From contig CAWGIE010000036.1 in the NCBI GenBank assembly GCA_963822585.1, positions 192,001 to 256,000 of the forward strand: DNA of 64,000 nt. The letters are read 5' to 3'. The position numbers and the translations under genes are program-made. Shown piece after piece: positions 1 through 9,852 of the stretch. The stretch is from an uncultured bacterium. Lineage in GTDB: Bacteria; Auribacterota; Erginobacteria; Erginobacterales; Erginobacteraceae. Every line of letters starts with the position of its first letter. The stretch's first letter is position 1. The notes beneath the pieces were generated by a model that did not search any database, was not told the origin of the DNA, and saw nothing but the letters and a program-made list of their open reading frames with translations.

Positions 1-1627
1 CACAGATCCGCTTTCCGATCCTTTTCAGGTTTTCCTCATCGTTAAAGAGCTCGATACCGGTCAGACTATAGAGAATATCCGGGATATCCGGATAGTAATA
101 GCAGAGCGGATACATGGTCCCGTACTTGCAGAGGATCATCGAGTCGACGACGGCGTAGAAATGCTCCACGTCGTATACCATCTGCCCCTTGAATTCCTCG
201 CTGTGCCGGTCAAGAGCCGCTTTCAGCTTATCCTCTCCGTACCGGCGGAGTCCGATCTCGGGGTAGCCGATCTCATCGATCACGGAGAGGCCCCGGAGAT
301 GGTCGGCGCCCCGGACTGAAGTGGCGTGAGTCAATCCCCCCGAACGGTGGGCCCTCCCGTCCTGGCCGGATATTTCCTGCCCCTTGACGTGCATGGCGAA
401 CTTCTCCGCGCCGGCGCCGATCTTTGCGGAGGCTCGCCTGACCCCTTCGGCCAGCAGATCTCCCAGACCCTTCCGATAAGCGATATCCTTGACCATCTGG
501 ACGACTTTCTCGCCGTCGGTCCATTTGACTTCATCGGGGATCAGGCCGTGCTCGGAGCACTCCATCGCGAACCCGATCGCGCTCCCGCAGGAGATGGTAT
601 CCATCCCCAGGTCGTTGCAGAGATGATTGGCGTAAATCAGATCGTCCAGATCGGAGTTCAGGCAGCCGGTGCCCAGCGAAACGACCGTCTCATACTCCGG
701 CCCCTCGCCGATGTTATCGTATTTTTTGGAGAGGGTTACCAGCTTGCACTGGATCTTGCAGTTGAAACAGGAGTTCTTGGCGACCCGGAACTCGTCCCGG
801 ATCCGGACGGAACCGACCCGGCCGACCAGGTCGAAGACCCCTTTCTTATGGTTCCGCGTGGGGAGTCTTCCGATCTCGTTTTCGATCTCGACCAGGCCGG
901 CGGAACCGAACTCCCGTAAAGAAAGGCAGCCTTCCGAGTCCGGTCCTTCCTGAAACCGGTATTTCGCTTCCTGGAAGAGCTCTCCCAGGCGACGGGGATC
1001 GGCGGCGGTGATATCCCCCGTACCGAGGACGGCGATCGCTTTCAGGTTTTTGCTCCCCATGACCGCCCCCAGTCCCGAGCGGCCGAAGGCCCGGTGTTTA
1101 TCGGTCATCACGGCGGCAAACCGGACCAGATTTTCCCCGGCGGGACCGATGCAGGCCACCCGTTCGATCGGGTGTTTGCTCCTCAGGTAATCGGTCGTCT
1201 CATTGACCGTCTTCCCCTTGATCGCGGACGCGTCAAGAAGCCGGACCTCGTCATCCATGATCAGCAGATAGACCAGTTTTTCGGAGCGTCCTTCGAAGAT
1301 AATGAAATCGTAGCCGGCGTATTTCAGTTCCGGCCCGAGATGTCCCCCGCAGTGGGCTTCGGCCCATCCCCCGGTCAGCGGAGACTTGGCGGCCATCATA
1401 TACCGGCCGCTCTGGGGGAAAAGCGTCCCGGTGGTCGGCCCCGTGGCCATGATAAGGATATTATCGGGAGAAAGAGGGTCGATACCCGGCTTTAATTCGT
1501 CCCAGAGAATCCGGGCGCAGATGCCGGTGCCCCCGATGTATTCGATCAGATTTTCGGGAAATGCCTCTTTCCTGATTGATCCGTCGGTTAGATTGATCCT
1601 GAGATATTTTCCGGCGTATCCGTGCAT
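1..1627 (-). CDS. Tungsten-containing aldehyde:ferredoxin oxidoreductase family protein (3' end outside window; absent from ORF track)
   Basis: Manual translation from ATG at 1627 (AGGAG upstream): MHGYAGKYLRINLTDG...AKSPLTG...HCGGHLGPELKYAGYD...CIGPAGEN...GRSGLGAVMGSKNLKAI...SCFNCKIQC...EGPEYET...NDLGMDTIS...RGADHL. Open to the window edge. Confidence 0.93.
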   Translation of the reverse strand, partial: MHGYAGKYLRINLTDGSIRKEAFPENLIEYIGGTGICARILWDELKPGIDPLSPDNILIMATGPTTGTLFPQSGRYMMAAKSPLTGGWAEAHCGGHLGPELKYAGYDFIIFEGRSEKLVYLLIMDDEVRLLDASAIKGKTVNETTDYLRSKHPIERVACIGPAGENLVRFAAVMTDKHRAFGRSGLGAVMGSKNLKAIAVLGTGDITAADPRRLGELFQEAKYRFQEGPDSEGCLSLREFGSAGLVEIENEIGRLPTRNHKKGVFDLVGRVGSVRIRDEFRVAKNSCFNCKIQCKLVTLSKKYDNIGEGPEYETVVSLGTGCLNSDLDDLIYANHLCNDLGMDTISCGSAIGFAMECSEHGLIPDEVKWTDGEKVVQMVKDIAYRKGLGDLLAEGVRRASAKIGAGAEKFAMHVKGQEISGQDGRAHRSGGLTHATSVRGADHLRGLSVIDEIGYPEIGLRRYGEDKLKAALDRHSEEFKGQMVYDVEHFYAVVDSMILCKYGTMYPLCYYYPDIPDILYSLTGIELFNDEENLKRIGKRIC

Positions 1628-1700
1628 GATATTTCTCCTAAAAATGTATTCTTTTAATTAAACTCACCCTTCATGAAAGAGCCCCATATTAAAACCATAA

Positions 1701-1789
1701 GGGGTGTTGGAGTAGTGGAGTTTTGGAGTGATGGAAGCCCGCTGACAGCCCCCATTACTCCATCACTCCATCATTCCATCACTCCATCA
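1701..1789. repeat. Inverted-arm element, 8-mer family (TGGAGTGA / TCACTCCA), copy 1
   Basis: Four degenerate (t)ggagt(g/a)(a/t) units, a short GC spacer, then four complementary (t/a)(c/t)actcca units. Confidence 0.85.
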
Positions 1790-1853
1790 TGTGATCACAT
1801 ACGGATTGCCCGACCTGATTATTCCGTATAAAGCTTTCTTATACACTATCCGC

Positions 1854-2129
1854 TCACCCTCCCGCCACGGACGGGAAGATGGTCACGCTCTCTTCTTCAT
1901 GCACCGTCCGATTGAGGTCCAGCTGGGTGACGCCGTTGATCAGGATGACAACCGGGGTCCGGCGCACTAATTCGCCTTCCCTTTCTTCCAGCAACAGGTC
2001 TCTGATCGGAGGGCCGTACTCTTTCGAAAGAACTTCCAGTATCTGCCGGATCGTCCTCTCCCCCCGGACAGAGACCCGGTCGGTCCCCGCCCGGTCCCGG
2101 AGTGCACCAAATAGCTTTACCGTCGGCAT
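1854..2129 (-). CDS. MoaD/ThiS ubiquitin-like sulfur carrier
   Basis: 91 aa, VKLFGALRD...VILING...VTIFPSVAGG with C-terminal GG. Confidence 0.9.
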   Translation of the reverse strand: MPTVKLFGALRDRAGTDRVSVRGERTIRQILEVLSKEYGPPIRDLLLEEREGELVRRTPVVILINGVTQLDLNRTVHEEESVTIFPSVAGG

Positions 2130-2269
2130 CTTAAAAACAGCTCATTTTATTTTCGAATAACGCTCTGAAATGTCTTCCATTCCGGCCACGGCCGAATCGG
2201 AATTTTTCCGGAAGGGGAAATTGTAGGCGAAACGGCAATGAAACAACAATAAAAAATACCTCCGTCTGG

Positions 2270-2506
2270 TCAACCTCCACCAAGCCTCAGTGTAATCTGC
2301 AAGTCCGAATCTTCCCTGATCGGTTCTTCCAACGCCACCAGGCGGCCGTCACGGCAGACCTGGAGAAATCCCAGTTCGCGGTCATCATACCCGAGCGCTT
2401 TTTTCAAAACCGTCCGGACCCTGGTCCCCCGGCGGATACGACATCCGAAATCCCGCCCCTGCGGGGGAAGACGAAGGGGACCGATCAATCTCAGGCGGAC
2501 TTTCAT
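2270..2506 (-). CDS. MoaD/ThiS ubiquitin-like protein (divergent)
   Basis: 78 aa, beta-grasp pattern ending LQITLRLGGG. Confidence 0.75.
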   Translation of the reverse strand: MKVRLRLIGPLRLPPQGRDFGCRIRRGTRVRTVLKKALGYDDRELGFLQVCRDGRLVALEEPIREDSDLQITLRLGGG

Positions 2507-2518
2507 GACAGAGACATG

Positions 2519-2764
2519 CTACCCGCCGGCGACGATCGGGATAAAACTGATCCGGTCCCCGTCCCGGATCGACTCGTTCGTGTCCGTTACGATAGCCGAG
2601 TTTCGGGTGATCTTTATGTTCCGGTGGGCGGCGACATCCAGGCCGTATTCAGTCTTGATCCAGGAGAGAAACTCCGGGAAAGTCTTTCCGGGGAAATCAA
2701 GCTCACTGGTCCGGGCCGGGAAATACTTTTGAAACTTGCTGATGGCGGTAACGGTGACTCTCAT
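2519..2764 (-). CDS. MoaD/ThiS ubiquitin-like sulfur carrier
   Basis: 81 aa ending IRDGDRISFIPIVAGG. Confidence 0.88.
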   Translation of the reverse strand: MRVTVTAISKFQKYFPARTSELDFPGKTFPEFLSWIKTEYGLDVAAHRNIKITRNSAIVTDTNESIRDGDRISFIPIVAGG

Positions 2765-2825
2765 AAGACACTAACTTTTCTTCTTTTTGGAGAGTGAATC
2801 GAAGATATTAATAACATTTTTAGCT

Positions 2826-3037
2826 AAATCCCAAGTACCGAATTCCAAATAACAAATAAATCCCAATGACCAAAATTCCAAATCACAAACATCTATTATC
2901 AACGCCCATTGGGGACAATAGAAATGACACGATAAGTCACCCTTGTTATAAACGCCAATTGCGGCGGTTTTTCCTGGTATGTTTGGTGCTTGGGATTTGG
3001 AATTTGTTTGGAATTTGGTACTTGTGATTTGGAATTT
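2826..3037. repeat. Inverted-arm element, 7-mer AAAT(CC/CA/GA)CA family, copy 1
   Basis: Left arm aaatcccaagtaccgaattccaaataacaaataaatcccaatgaccaaaattccaaatcacaaac; right arm gtttggtgcttgggatttggaatttgtttggaatttggtacttgtgatttggaattt. Confidence 0.85.
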
Positions 3038-3075
3038 ATCTTACAATACATCTCTCTCTTATTGCAGTGGTCCTG

Positions 3076-4938
3076 TTATTCGGGAATCCCTAACTCATCT
3101 AATTTTTCCCTTGTCGGTCGTCCGTCTTCTCCCCAGCCTCTTACCTCATAATAACGAGGGAGCATCTTCTCCAGTTCGACGATCTGACCCTGGGCCGGTC
3201 CTTCCGGGAGAGGTTCCTCCAGGAAACGTTTGGGGAGGGAGTCCATGGCCGGGGTGAGTCCGCAGGCGACATTAAAGAGACGTTCGACATTGAGAATCCG
3301 CTCGCCCGCCTTCATGATACTTTCCTCGTCCCACTCGATACCGGTGGCGTACTGGATCAGTTCCGCCATATCCTGAGGAAGAATGGCGTAGGTGGCGAAC
3401 ATGCAGTACTTGCACATCTCGGCGGAGTCAACCACGGCGGCAAAATTCTCGTGCCAGAGAACCATATCCGCCTTTCCCTGCCAGGCGTAGGGATCGACGG
3501 TATGGGGATCACCGAACCACTTCACCCCTTCCTCCGGACTGTAACTGAGGAGTTCGAAGTTGGGCAGCGCCCGGAGATGATCTCCGCCCCGGGAGGCGAC
3601 CGCCAGCCCCAGCCCGAAACCCTTCCCGGTCCGGGGATCGTAGGCGGGCAGTTCCATCCCCTTGGTCTGGAGCGCGAAATCCATGCTCCCCTGTCCGATC
3701 TTCTCGGCCAGGTATTTCATCCCCCGGGCCGCGTCATCCCCGATCCCTTCCCGGAAAGCGATCTTTCTCACCAGATCGATGACGGCATCCGCGTCACCCC
3801 ACCGGTATTGCTCGGGGATCAATCCTTTCTCGCTGCACTCGAAGAGAAACCCGATGATGCCGCCCACCGAAATGGTGTCCATCCCGTAATCGTTACAAAG
3901 GTAGTTGGCATAGATGACCGGTTCCAGATCCGGAAGATCCGGGCGCGTGCCCAGCGCGACAAAGCTTTCGTACTCCGGCCCTTTGCCCCGGCAGAGGAAT
4001 TTTTTATCCTTGACCACGGCATAATTCGAGCAGTGAATAATGCAGGAGAAGCAGCTCTCCGATCTCTCCACGAAGTGTTCCCGGTAATGATGACTGCTGT
4101 AGTTCTCGGGGTGATCGAAGACCCCGGTCTGCCCGTTCCGGGTGGAGAGCCCTCCGCTTTCGGCCGCGATGTCGGTGATGACCGAGGTCCCGTAATAGGC
4201 GAAATCCGCGTAGGTCTTGTCTTCAAAAATCTTCCGGTAGCAGTCCGCGGTCTTTTTCAGAAAAGCTTCCGGATCGAAGAGCTTCAGATCGCGGGTCCCG
4301 TTGATCGCGATCGCTTTCAGCCTTTTCGACCCCATCACCGCCCCCACCGCGCAGCGGGCCAGGTAATGGAACTTGTCATTGGCGATCGCCGCGCAGAAGA
4401 CCAGATTCTCGCCCGCCGGGCCGATGCAGGCCACCTTGGTCTCTCTCCCCCGTTTTTCGACCAGAATATCCGTGGTCTCCATCACTCCTTTCCCGGCCAG
4501 ATCGGCCGCGGGCAGAATATCCGCCTCTCCGTCCTGAATAGTGAGATAAACGAGTTCGTCGGCTCTGCCTTCCACGATGATGACGTCATACCCCGCGTAT
4601 TTGATCTCCGCGCCGAAGGCCCCGCCGCTATTGGCGTCGCCGAGGAGGCCGGTCAGGGGAGACTTGGTCGTTACCGTGTACCGTCCCGATGAAGGGGACA
4701 TGGTCCCATTCAGGGGCCCGGTGGAAAAGATAAGAACATTCTCCGGCCCCAGCGGATCGATGGGGCCCGGATCGGGCAGAAGATCGGAGAGAAGACGGCC
4801 GCCGAATCCCCTCCCCCCGATATAATTTTCCATCAGTTCCCGGGGCAGCGGTTCCCGCGAGATTTTGCCGGTGGTCAGATTGACCCGCAGAATCCAGCCC
4901 ATGTAACCGTAATATTTGTTCCTCCCTTCCTGCGCCAT
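3076..4938 (-). CDS. Tungsten-containing aldehyde:ferredoxin oxidoreductase family protein
   Basis: 620 aa; KSPLTG, ANSGG, CIGPAGEN, GAVMGSKRLKAI, SCFSCIIHC, GPEYES, GMDTIS, RGGDHL, DSAEMC, YYEVRGW motifs. Confidence 0.95.
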   Translation of the reverse strand: MAQEGRNKYYGYMGWILRVNLTTGKISREPLPRELMENYIGGRGFGGRLLSDLLPDPGPIDPLGPENVLIFSTGPLNGTMSPSSGRYTVTTKSPLTGLLGDANSGGAFGAEIKYAGYDVIIVEGRADELVYLTIQDGEADILPAADLAGKGVMETTDILVEKRGRETKVACIGPAGENLVFCAAIANDKFHYLARCAVGAVMGSKRLKAIAINGTRDLKLFDPEAFLKKTADCYRKIFEDKTYADFAYYGTSVITDIAAESGGLSTRNGQTGVFDHPENYSSHHYREHFVERSESCFSCIIHCSNYAVVKDKKFLCRGKGPEYESFVALGTRPDLPDLEPVIYANYLCNDYGMDTISVGGIIGFLFECSEKGLIPEQYRWGDADAVIDLVRKIAFREGIGDDAARGMKYLAEKIGQGSMDFALQTKGMELPAYDPRTGKGFGLGLAVASRGGDHLRALPNFELLSYSPEEGVKWFGDPHTVDPYAWQGKADMVLWHENFAAVVDSAEMCKYCMFATYAILPQDMAELIQYATGIEWDEESIMKAGERILNVERLFNVACGLTPAMDSLPKRFLEEPLPEGPAQGQIVELEKMLPRYYEVRGWGEDGRPTREKLDELGIPE

Positions 4939-4961
4939 CTTTCTTCTCCTTTGTTTAAGCG

Positions 4962-4991
4962 AATGGGTCCGATAAGACCGATAGAACCTAT
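4962..4991. repeat. Short 9-mer repeat remnant (CCGATAAGA-like)
   Basis: aatgggtccgataagaccgatagaacctat, abutting the stop codon of the Fe-S gene. Confidence 0.5.
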
Positions 4992-5410
4992 TAAGCCGGG
5001 GCTTGAGCTGTCTTCGCTTCCCGGAGGGTCAGGGCGTCGGTCGGGCAGTATTTCACGCACTGGGGATCACCAGCGCAAAGATCGCACTTGAGAAGTTCGC
5101 CATCGAAGATGCGCAGCGCGCCGGCGAAGGGGCAGGCCTCGATACAGGATCCGCAAACGATGCACTTTTCTCGGTCATGGACCGCCCGGCCGTCCTCGAT
5201 GTGCATGGCGCCGGTGGGACAGGCAAGCACGCATTTCGGGTCCTTACAGAAACGGCAGGTCTCGATGACATCCCGGTCTTCTTCCCGGTACACCCGGATC
5301 CGGGAGCGCTGCGGGTTGATCAGGTTATAGTGCCGCAGGGAGCAGACCAGTTCACAGATCCGGCAGCCCACGCACTCTTTCTGGTTGATCTTTCTCGGAT
5401 CGGAAGGCAT
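4991..5410 (-). CDS. 4Fe-4S polyferredoxin subunit (AOR-associated, DmsB/HydN-like)
   Basis: CVGCRICELVC, CRFCKDPKCVLACP, CIVCGSCIEACP, CDLCAGDPQCVKYCP. Confidence 0.92.
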   Translation of the reverse strand: MPSDPRKINQKECVGCRICELVCSLRHYNLINPQRSRIRVYREEDRDVIETCRFCKDPKCVLACPTGAMHIEDGRAVHDREKCIVCGSCIEACPFAGALRIFDGELLKCDLCAGDPQCVKYCPTDALTLREAKTAQAPA

Positions 5411-5533
5411 TACACACCTCTTTCAGGTTCAAACTGTCCTGAAGAACAGGGACACGGGTCATGTTCAATACGCCCTTCCGATATAGAAACATAAAAATGG
5501 AGTATCTTCAAGGAGGAAATACCGGATAAAAAA

Positions 5534-5800
5534 TGAACGTCGAATGTTCAACGCTCAACATCCAACGTTCACCGTCCAACGAAAAAGGCCGCGGCGGGAG
5601 AACTTTTGCGTTTTTTGCGCCTTTTCGCGGCTGAAAGAAAGGGGCCGCAGCGATGGGAAAAGCTGAACGTCGAACATCCAACGTTCAACGTTCAACGTCC
5701 AACTATTTTCAGAGAAATCAGAGTAATCAGGTATAACATTAACGGGGAGAAGGCGCTGGTCAGGCAACTTCAAACTTTAGGCACTTCAAACTTTAAACTT
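5534..5800. repeat. Stack of several repeat-arm remnants (AACGTTC 7-mer twice, TTTTGCG 9-mer, AATCAG 9-mer, AAACTTT 7-mer)
   Basis: tgaacgtcgaatgttcaacgctcaacatccaacgttc; ttttgcgttttttgcgccttttcgcggct; tgaacgtcgaacatccaacgttcaacgttcaacgtcc; gaaatcagagtaatcagg; aacttcaaactttaggcacttcaaactttaaactt. Confidence 0.75.
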
Positions 5801-5804
5801 TCTT

Positions 5805-8129
5805 CTAACCCCGTTCCCGGAGTTGGACGGCCTCCAGGACCTTTTCCGGGGTAAAGGGGGCGCGGTGGAGGCGGACGTCAACCGCGTCGTAAATCGCGTT
5901 GGAAATGGCCGGAAGGGGCCCGCTGATGCAGATCTCTCCCACGCTTTTGGCGCCGAAGGGGCCGGTCGGCTCATAAGAGGGAACAAAGATAGTGGTGATC
6001 TTGGGGATGTCCCGGGTGGAATAAATCTTGTAGTACCCATAGTTGGGGTTGAGCATCACGCCCTTGTTATTGAATATGTAGCGCTCGGTGAGGGCGTAGC
6101 TGATCCCGTTGATCAGGGCCCCGATCGCCTGGCCCCGGGCCAGGGCCGGATTGATCGGCGTGCCGCAGTCAACAGCCTGAACGTATTCCAGGACGCGCAC
6201 CTTGCCCGTGGCTCGATCGACCTCCACCTCTACAAAATGGGCGGCAAAGGGCGGCGGCGACTCGTGAGAAATCCGGGACGCGATGGCGGCGATCTGGAAC
6301 TGGTCTTTCTCATACAGGGAACGGGTGCCGATCTCCTGCAGGGTCACTGATTTCTTCTTCGGCCCGATCACGTTCCCCCCGGACAGTTCCACCCGGTCCG
6401 GAGGGGCATTGAGCATCGCCGCGCCAACCTGGAGAATCTGCGCTTTTACCTTCTCGGCGGCCTCTTTGACGGCCATCCCGGAAAGGTAGGTGGTGGAAGA
6501 GGCATAAGCCCCGACGTCGAAGGGGGTGAGATCGGTATCGGAGGAATAGACGATTATCCGGTCGGTCGGAACCGTCAAAACCTCGGCCGCGATCTGGGAA
6601 AGGACCGTGTCCGATCCCTGCCCGATCTCGGTGGCCCCCATCAGGAGGTTGAAAGACCCGTCGTCATTTATCTTGATGAACGCGGACGCCATATCGATAT
6701 AGGGGATGGAGGATCCCTGCATCATGATCGACATCCCCAGGCCGCGGCGGTAGCGCCCGCCTCCGGGTCGGCCGCGTTTCTTCTTCCATCCGATGGCCGC
6801 GGCGCCCGCCCGGATGCAGGCGGAAAGTTCGCAGGACCCGATATGCGGCTGACCGATGACCGGGCCCTCCCCGAGTTCCTTCAGGATCGGCACCTCCGTC
6901 CCGCCGCTGATCACATTCTTCAGATAAAAATCCGTCGGGTCCATCTCCAGCCGTTCCGCCAGGTCGTCCATGGCGATGGCGGTGGCCAGGATCCCCTGGG
7001 TGCCTCCATAGCCCCGGTAGGCTCCGGAAACCGGAAGGTTGGTATAGACCACGTCGCTGCTGAAGCGGAGATTCGGGCATTTGAACATGGGGAGAGTCCG
7101 GGTCCCCACGTTGGAGGCGACGGTCAGGCCATGGGTCCCGTAGGCGCCGGTGTTGGAAAGGGCGTAAAGATCGATCGCGGTCAGGGAGCCGTCTTTTTTG
7201 GCCGCCACCTGAACCTTGGTAATCATATTATGGCGTACCCGGGCGCTCATAAAGACTTCCCGCCGGGTCAGACGCATCTTGGCCGGTCGTCCGGTCTTGA
7301 GGGTGATCAAACCGACGTAAGGCTCGAGCAGTATCTCCTGCTTCCCCCCGAACCCTCCTCCCAGCCGGGGTTTGATGATCCGGATTCGGCGGCGGGGGAT
7401 CTGCAAAGCCCGGCTGACAATCCGGCGGGCATGAAAGGGAACCTGGGTCGTGGAGATGATCACCAATCGCCCGTTTGCATCCAGCCAGCTCAACGCGCAG
7501 TGGGGTTCGATCGCCGAATGGCTGGCGGTCTGGTTCTCGAACTCGTCTTCAACCGTCATCTCCGCCTGCTTGACGCCCTTTTTGACATCCCCCACGGAAG
7601 CCTCCACCCGGGCTACCCGGTTCTTCTCCGGCTCGTAGGGAACCGGGATCATGATCCGGCATTCCTTCTCATCGTGAATGACCGGGGCGGAAGCCCTCAT
7701 CGCCTTTCGCGGATCCAGCACCGCCGGGAGGACCTCATACTCAACCTCTATCAGCTTGAGTGCCTCCTCGGCGATCTCGCCCGTTTCCGCGGCCACCAGG
7801 GCGACCTTATCTCCGGCGAAGCGGACCTTGTTATCGAGTATGAATTCATCGTAGGGCGACGGTTCCGGGTACCCCTGTCCCGCCGTCGTGATCGGGACCC
7901 GGGGGACATCCTTCCAGGTCAGGACCTCCACCACCCCGGTCAAAGAACGCGCCTTTCCGGTCCGGATGGCTTTGATCCGGGCGTGGGCGTGGGGACTGCG
8001 CAGGAGACGGCAATGAAGCATCCCCGGCCGTTCGTAATCATCCGTGAATTTCGCCTGCCCGACGGCCAGACCGAGGGCATCTACTTTCTCCACGCCTTTG
8101 TTTATTTCATTGAATTTCTGAGATTTCAT
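5805..8129 (-). CDS. Xanthine dehydrogenase family molybdopterin-binding subunit (XdhD/YgfN-like)
   Basis: 774 aa; RSPHAHARI, GQGYPEPSPYD, TQVPFH, GGGFGGKQE, GAYRGYG, GQGSDT, GAYASST, GPFGAKSVGE. Confidence 0.95.
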   Translation of the reverse strand: MKSQKFNEINKGVEKVDALGLAVGQAKFTDDYERPGMLHCRLLRSPHAHARIKAIRTGKARSLTGVVEVLTWKDVPRVPITTAGQGYPEPSPYDEFILDNKVRFAGDKVALVAAETGEIAEEALKLIEVEYEVLPAVLDPRKAMRASAPVIHDEKECRIMIPVPYEPEKNRVARVEASVGDVKKGVKQAEMTVEDEFENQTASHSAIEPHCALSWLDANGRLVIISTTQVPFHARRIVSRALQIPRRRIRIIKPRLGGGFGGKQEILLEPYVGLITLKTGRPAKMRLTRREVFMSARVRHNMITKVQVAAKKDGSLTAIDLYALSNTGAYGTHGLTVASNVGTRTLPMFKCPNLRFSSDVVYTNLPVSGAYRGYGGTQGILATAIAMDDLAERLEMDPTDFYLKNVISGGTEVPILKELGEGPVIGQPHIGSCELSACIRAGAAAIGWKKKRGRPGGGRYRRGLGMSIMMQGSSIPYIDMASAFIKINDDGSFNLLMGATEIGQGSDTVLSQIAAEVLTVPTDRIIVYSSDTDLTPFDVGAYASSTTYLSGMAVKEAAEKVKAQILQVGAAMLNAPPDRVELSGGNVIGPKKKSVTLQEIGTRSLYEKDQFQIAAIASRISHESPPPFAAHFVEVEVDRATGKVRVLEYVQAVDCGTPINPALARGQAIGALINGISYALTERYIFNNKGVMLNPNYGYYKIYSTRDIPKITTIFVPSYEPTGPFGAKSVGEICISGPLPAISNAIYDAVDVRLHRAPFTPEKVLEAVQLRERG

Positions 8130-8148
8130 CTAAAACGACAAAGTAATT

Positions 8149-8280
8149 CACCACGAAGGTCATGAAGAACCCGAAGATTTTTAAAAAAAATGAGGTAAAT
8201 CTTATTTAATTTTCTCCGCTATTCTTCGTGTCCTTCGTGGTTTTACTTGATTTAGTTGACTTACTTGTTTTCGAGGACTT
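8149..8280. repeat. Inverted-arm element, 9-mer (CACGAAG) family, copy 1
   Basis: caccacgaaggtcatgaagaacccgaag ... cttcgtgtccttcgtgg; overlaps the 3' end of the 2Fe-2S gene. Confidence 0.75.
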
Positions 8281-8748
8281 CTTCTTTTTTGAGCGCAGCC
8301 TCCGGGCGGCCAGCTTGACCGCCTCGATAATTTGCACGTAGCCGGTGCACCGGCAGAGATTTCCGTCAAGGGCATCTTTGATCTCATCATCCGACGGGTT
8401 CTGGTTCCGGTCCAATAAAGCCTTAGCCGCCAGCAGCATCCCGGGGGTGCAGAAACCGCACTGGATCGCCGCCGACTCGACAAAGGCAAGCTGGAGAAGA
8501 TGGGGCTTCTGCCGCGTACCCAGCCCCTCGACCGTGGTTATCTTTCTTCCGCCGGCGGTGACGGCGAGAATCAGGCAGGAGTTAACGGGGCGCGCGTCCA
8601 TGATCACGGTACAGGCGCCGCAGGCTCCTTCCCCGCAGCCGAACTTGACGCTCTTGTACCCCAGCAGACGCAAGAGGTCGAGCAGTGTTTCCGACGGGCT
8701 GACCTCCGCCCGATGCTGCCGCCCGTTGACTGTTAGAATAATTTCCAT
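8206..8748 (-). CDS. Xanthine dehydrogenase family 2Fe-2S subunit
   Basis: Probable start MEIILTVNG at 8748; GCGEGACGACTV, QCGFCTPG, NLCRCTGY; repeat-derived Lys/Ser/Thr tail. Confidence 0.93.
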   Translation of the reverse strand: MEIILTVNGRQHRAEVSPSETLLDLLRLLGYKSVKFGCGEGACGACTVIMDARPVNSCLILAVTAGGRKITTVEGLGTRQKPHLLQLAFVESAAIQCGFCTPGMLLAAKALLDRNQNPSDDEIKDALDGNLCRCTGYVQIIEAVKLAARRLRSKKKKSSKTSKSTKSSKTTKDTKNSGEN

Positions 8749-9608
8749 TCGGGTACCTTTTGATCGAGCAGGATGCGTTCCAATATCCCCCTGACCTGGG
8801 CCCGGCAAAGATCCCGCTTATATCCCTCCGAGCAACGGATGTCCTTGCTGACCTTGATCTCTTCGGCGGCGATCTCCGAGGCCTCATTGACCAGTATCTG
8901 GGAGCCGATCTTGCCTTTTATCACTTCCTCCGCGGCCACAATCCTCTGGGGCAACAGTGTGGCGCCGCCGACCACGATCGTGATCTCTCGGCACCGGCGG
9001 TCGGTCCGGGAAAGACAGATCGCTACTTTCAGGAGGGCGAAGTCGTTTTCGGTCAGGGTGAATTTATCGTAGGCACACCGGGAATTCTTGGCGACGGCGG
9101 GAAGGATGATCTCAGTCACCAGCTCACCCGGCTTCAGCAGCTGCCGGGGCATCCGGGAAAAAAACTGCTCCGCCGGCAGCTCCCGGCTCTTCGGCCCCTG
9201 AATGACAATCCGGGCGTCCAGTGCCAGAAAAACGGTGGAGAGGTCCGACCAGATAAAGGGCTGCACCAGGTTTCCCCCCACCGTGATCAGGTTGCGGTTC
9301 AGGGTAGATCCGATCCGGCGGGCGGCGCCCCGGAGGACGCCATCGGCGTATTTCTTCACCGGGGCGGAAGCAACCAGATCGGCGATCGGGGTGGTGGCGC
9401 CGATCCGCAGACCACCGTTCTCCCCCTTGACATAGCTGAGCGGGAGACGGCTCAGGCAGACCAACTCCCGGACCGAAGCCATCGGCGCGAAGATGAAGGA
9501 GATGCCGCCGGCGAGGGGAACCGCTCCCCGCGTTTCATCGGAAAGGATCCGGACAGCCTCGGCGAGCGTCTCCGGATAATTGACTTTTTGTAAATCCGCC
9601 AGTTTCAT
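8733..9608 (-). CDS. Xanthine dehydrogenase family FAD-binding subunit (YgfM-like)
   Basis: 291 aa; LAGG, IGATT, RNLITVGGN, SD, DIRCSEGYK. Confidence 0.9.
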   Translation of the reverse strand: MKLADLQKVNYPETLAEAVRILSDETRGAVPLAGGISFIFAPMASVRELVCLSRLPLSYVKGENGGLRIGATTPIADLVASAPVKKYADGVLRGAARRIGSTLNRNLITVGGNLVQPFIWSDLSTVFLALDARIVIQGPKSRELPAEQFFSRMPRQLLKPGELVTEIILPAVAKNSRCAYDKFTLTENDFALLKVAICLSRTDRRCREITIVVGGATLLPQRIVAAEEVIKGKIGSQILVNEASEIAAEEIKVSKDIRCSEGYKRDLCRAQVRGILERILLDQKVPEWKLF

Positions 9609-9611
9609 TAT

Positions 9612-9636
9612 AAATTAGCGCCTCCGGCGCTAATTT
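9612..9636. repeat. REP-like hairpin AAATTAGCGCC-N3-GGCGCTAATTT abutting a start codon
   Basis: Perfect 11-bp stem 3 nt upstream of ATG 9608; related copies at 18717, 27732, 30437, 31931, 32182, 39132, 49416. Confidence 0.8.
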
Positions 9637-9852
9637 AGTGAATTTTCACTTATTAAGCTTAAAAAAGATTGATGATATTCCCAAAATCAGTTCTTATCCA
9701 ACAGCTCAATCCATAACAGTAAGCCCTGAGCACTACACAGAAAAAACAAGATATGTTGGTTTGGGCACTTTTTCGTCTGTTTCGGAATTCCAATTGAAGC
9801 GCGGCACTATAGGGGATCGGCCAGTGGCAGGCAAGAGTTTTTTTCAGGAAGA

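Noticed and set aside
2979..3257. Short ORFs such as 2979-3257, 5555-5773, 14685-14900, 22439-22702, 28992-29219 and 59548-59760, and the N-terminal extension of 33903-34952
   Set aside because: They are translations of the low-complexity repeat arms.
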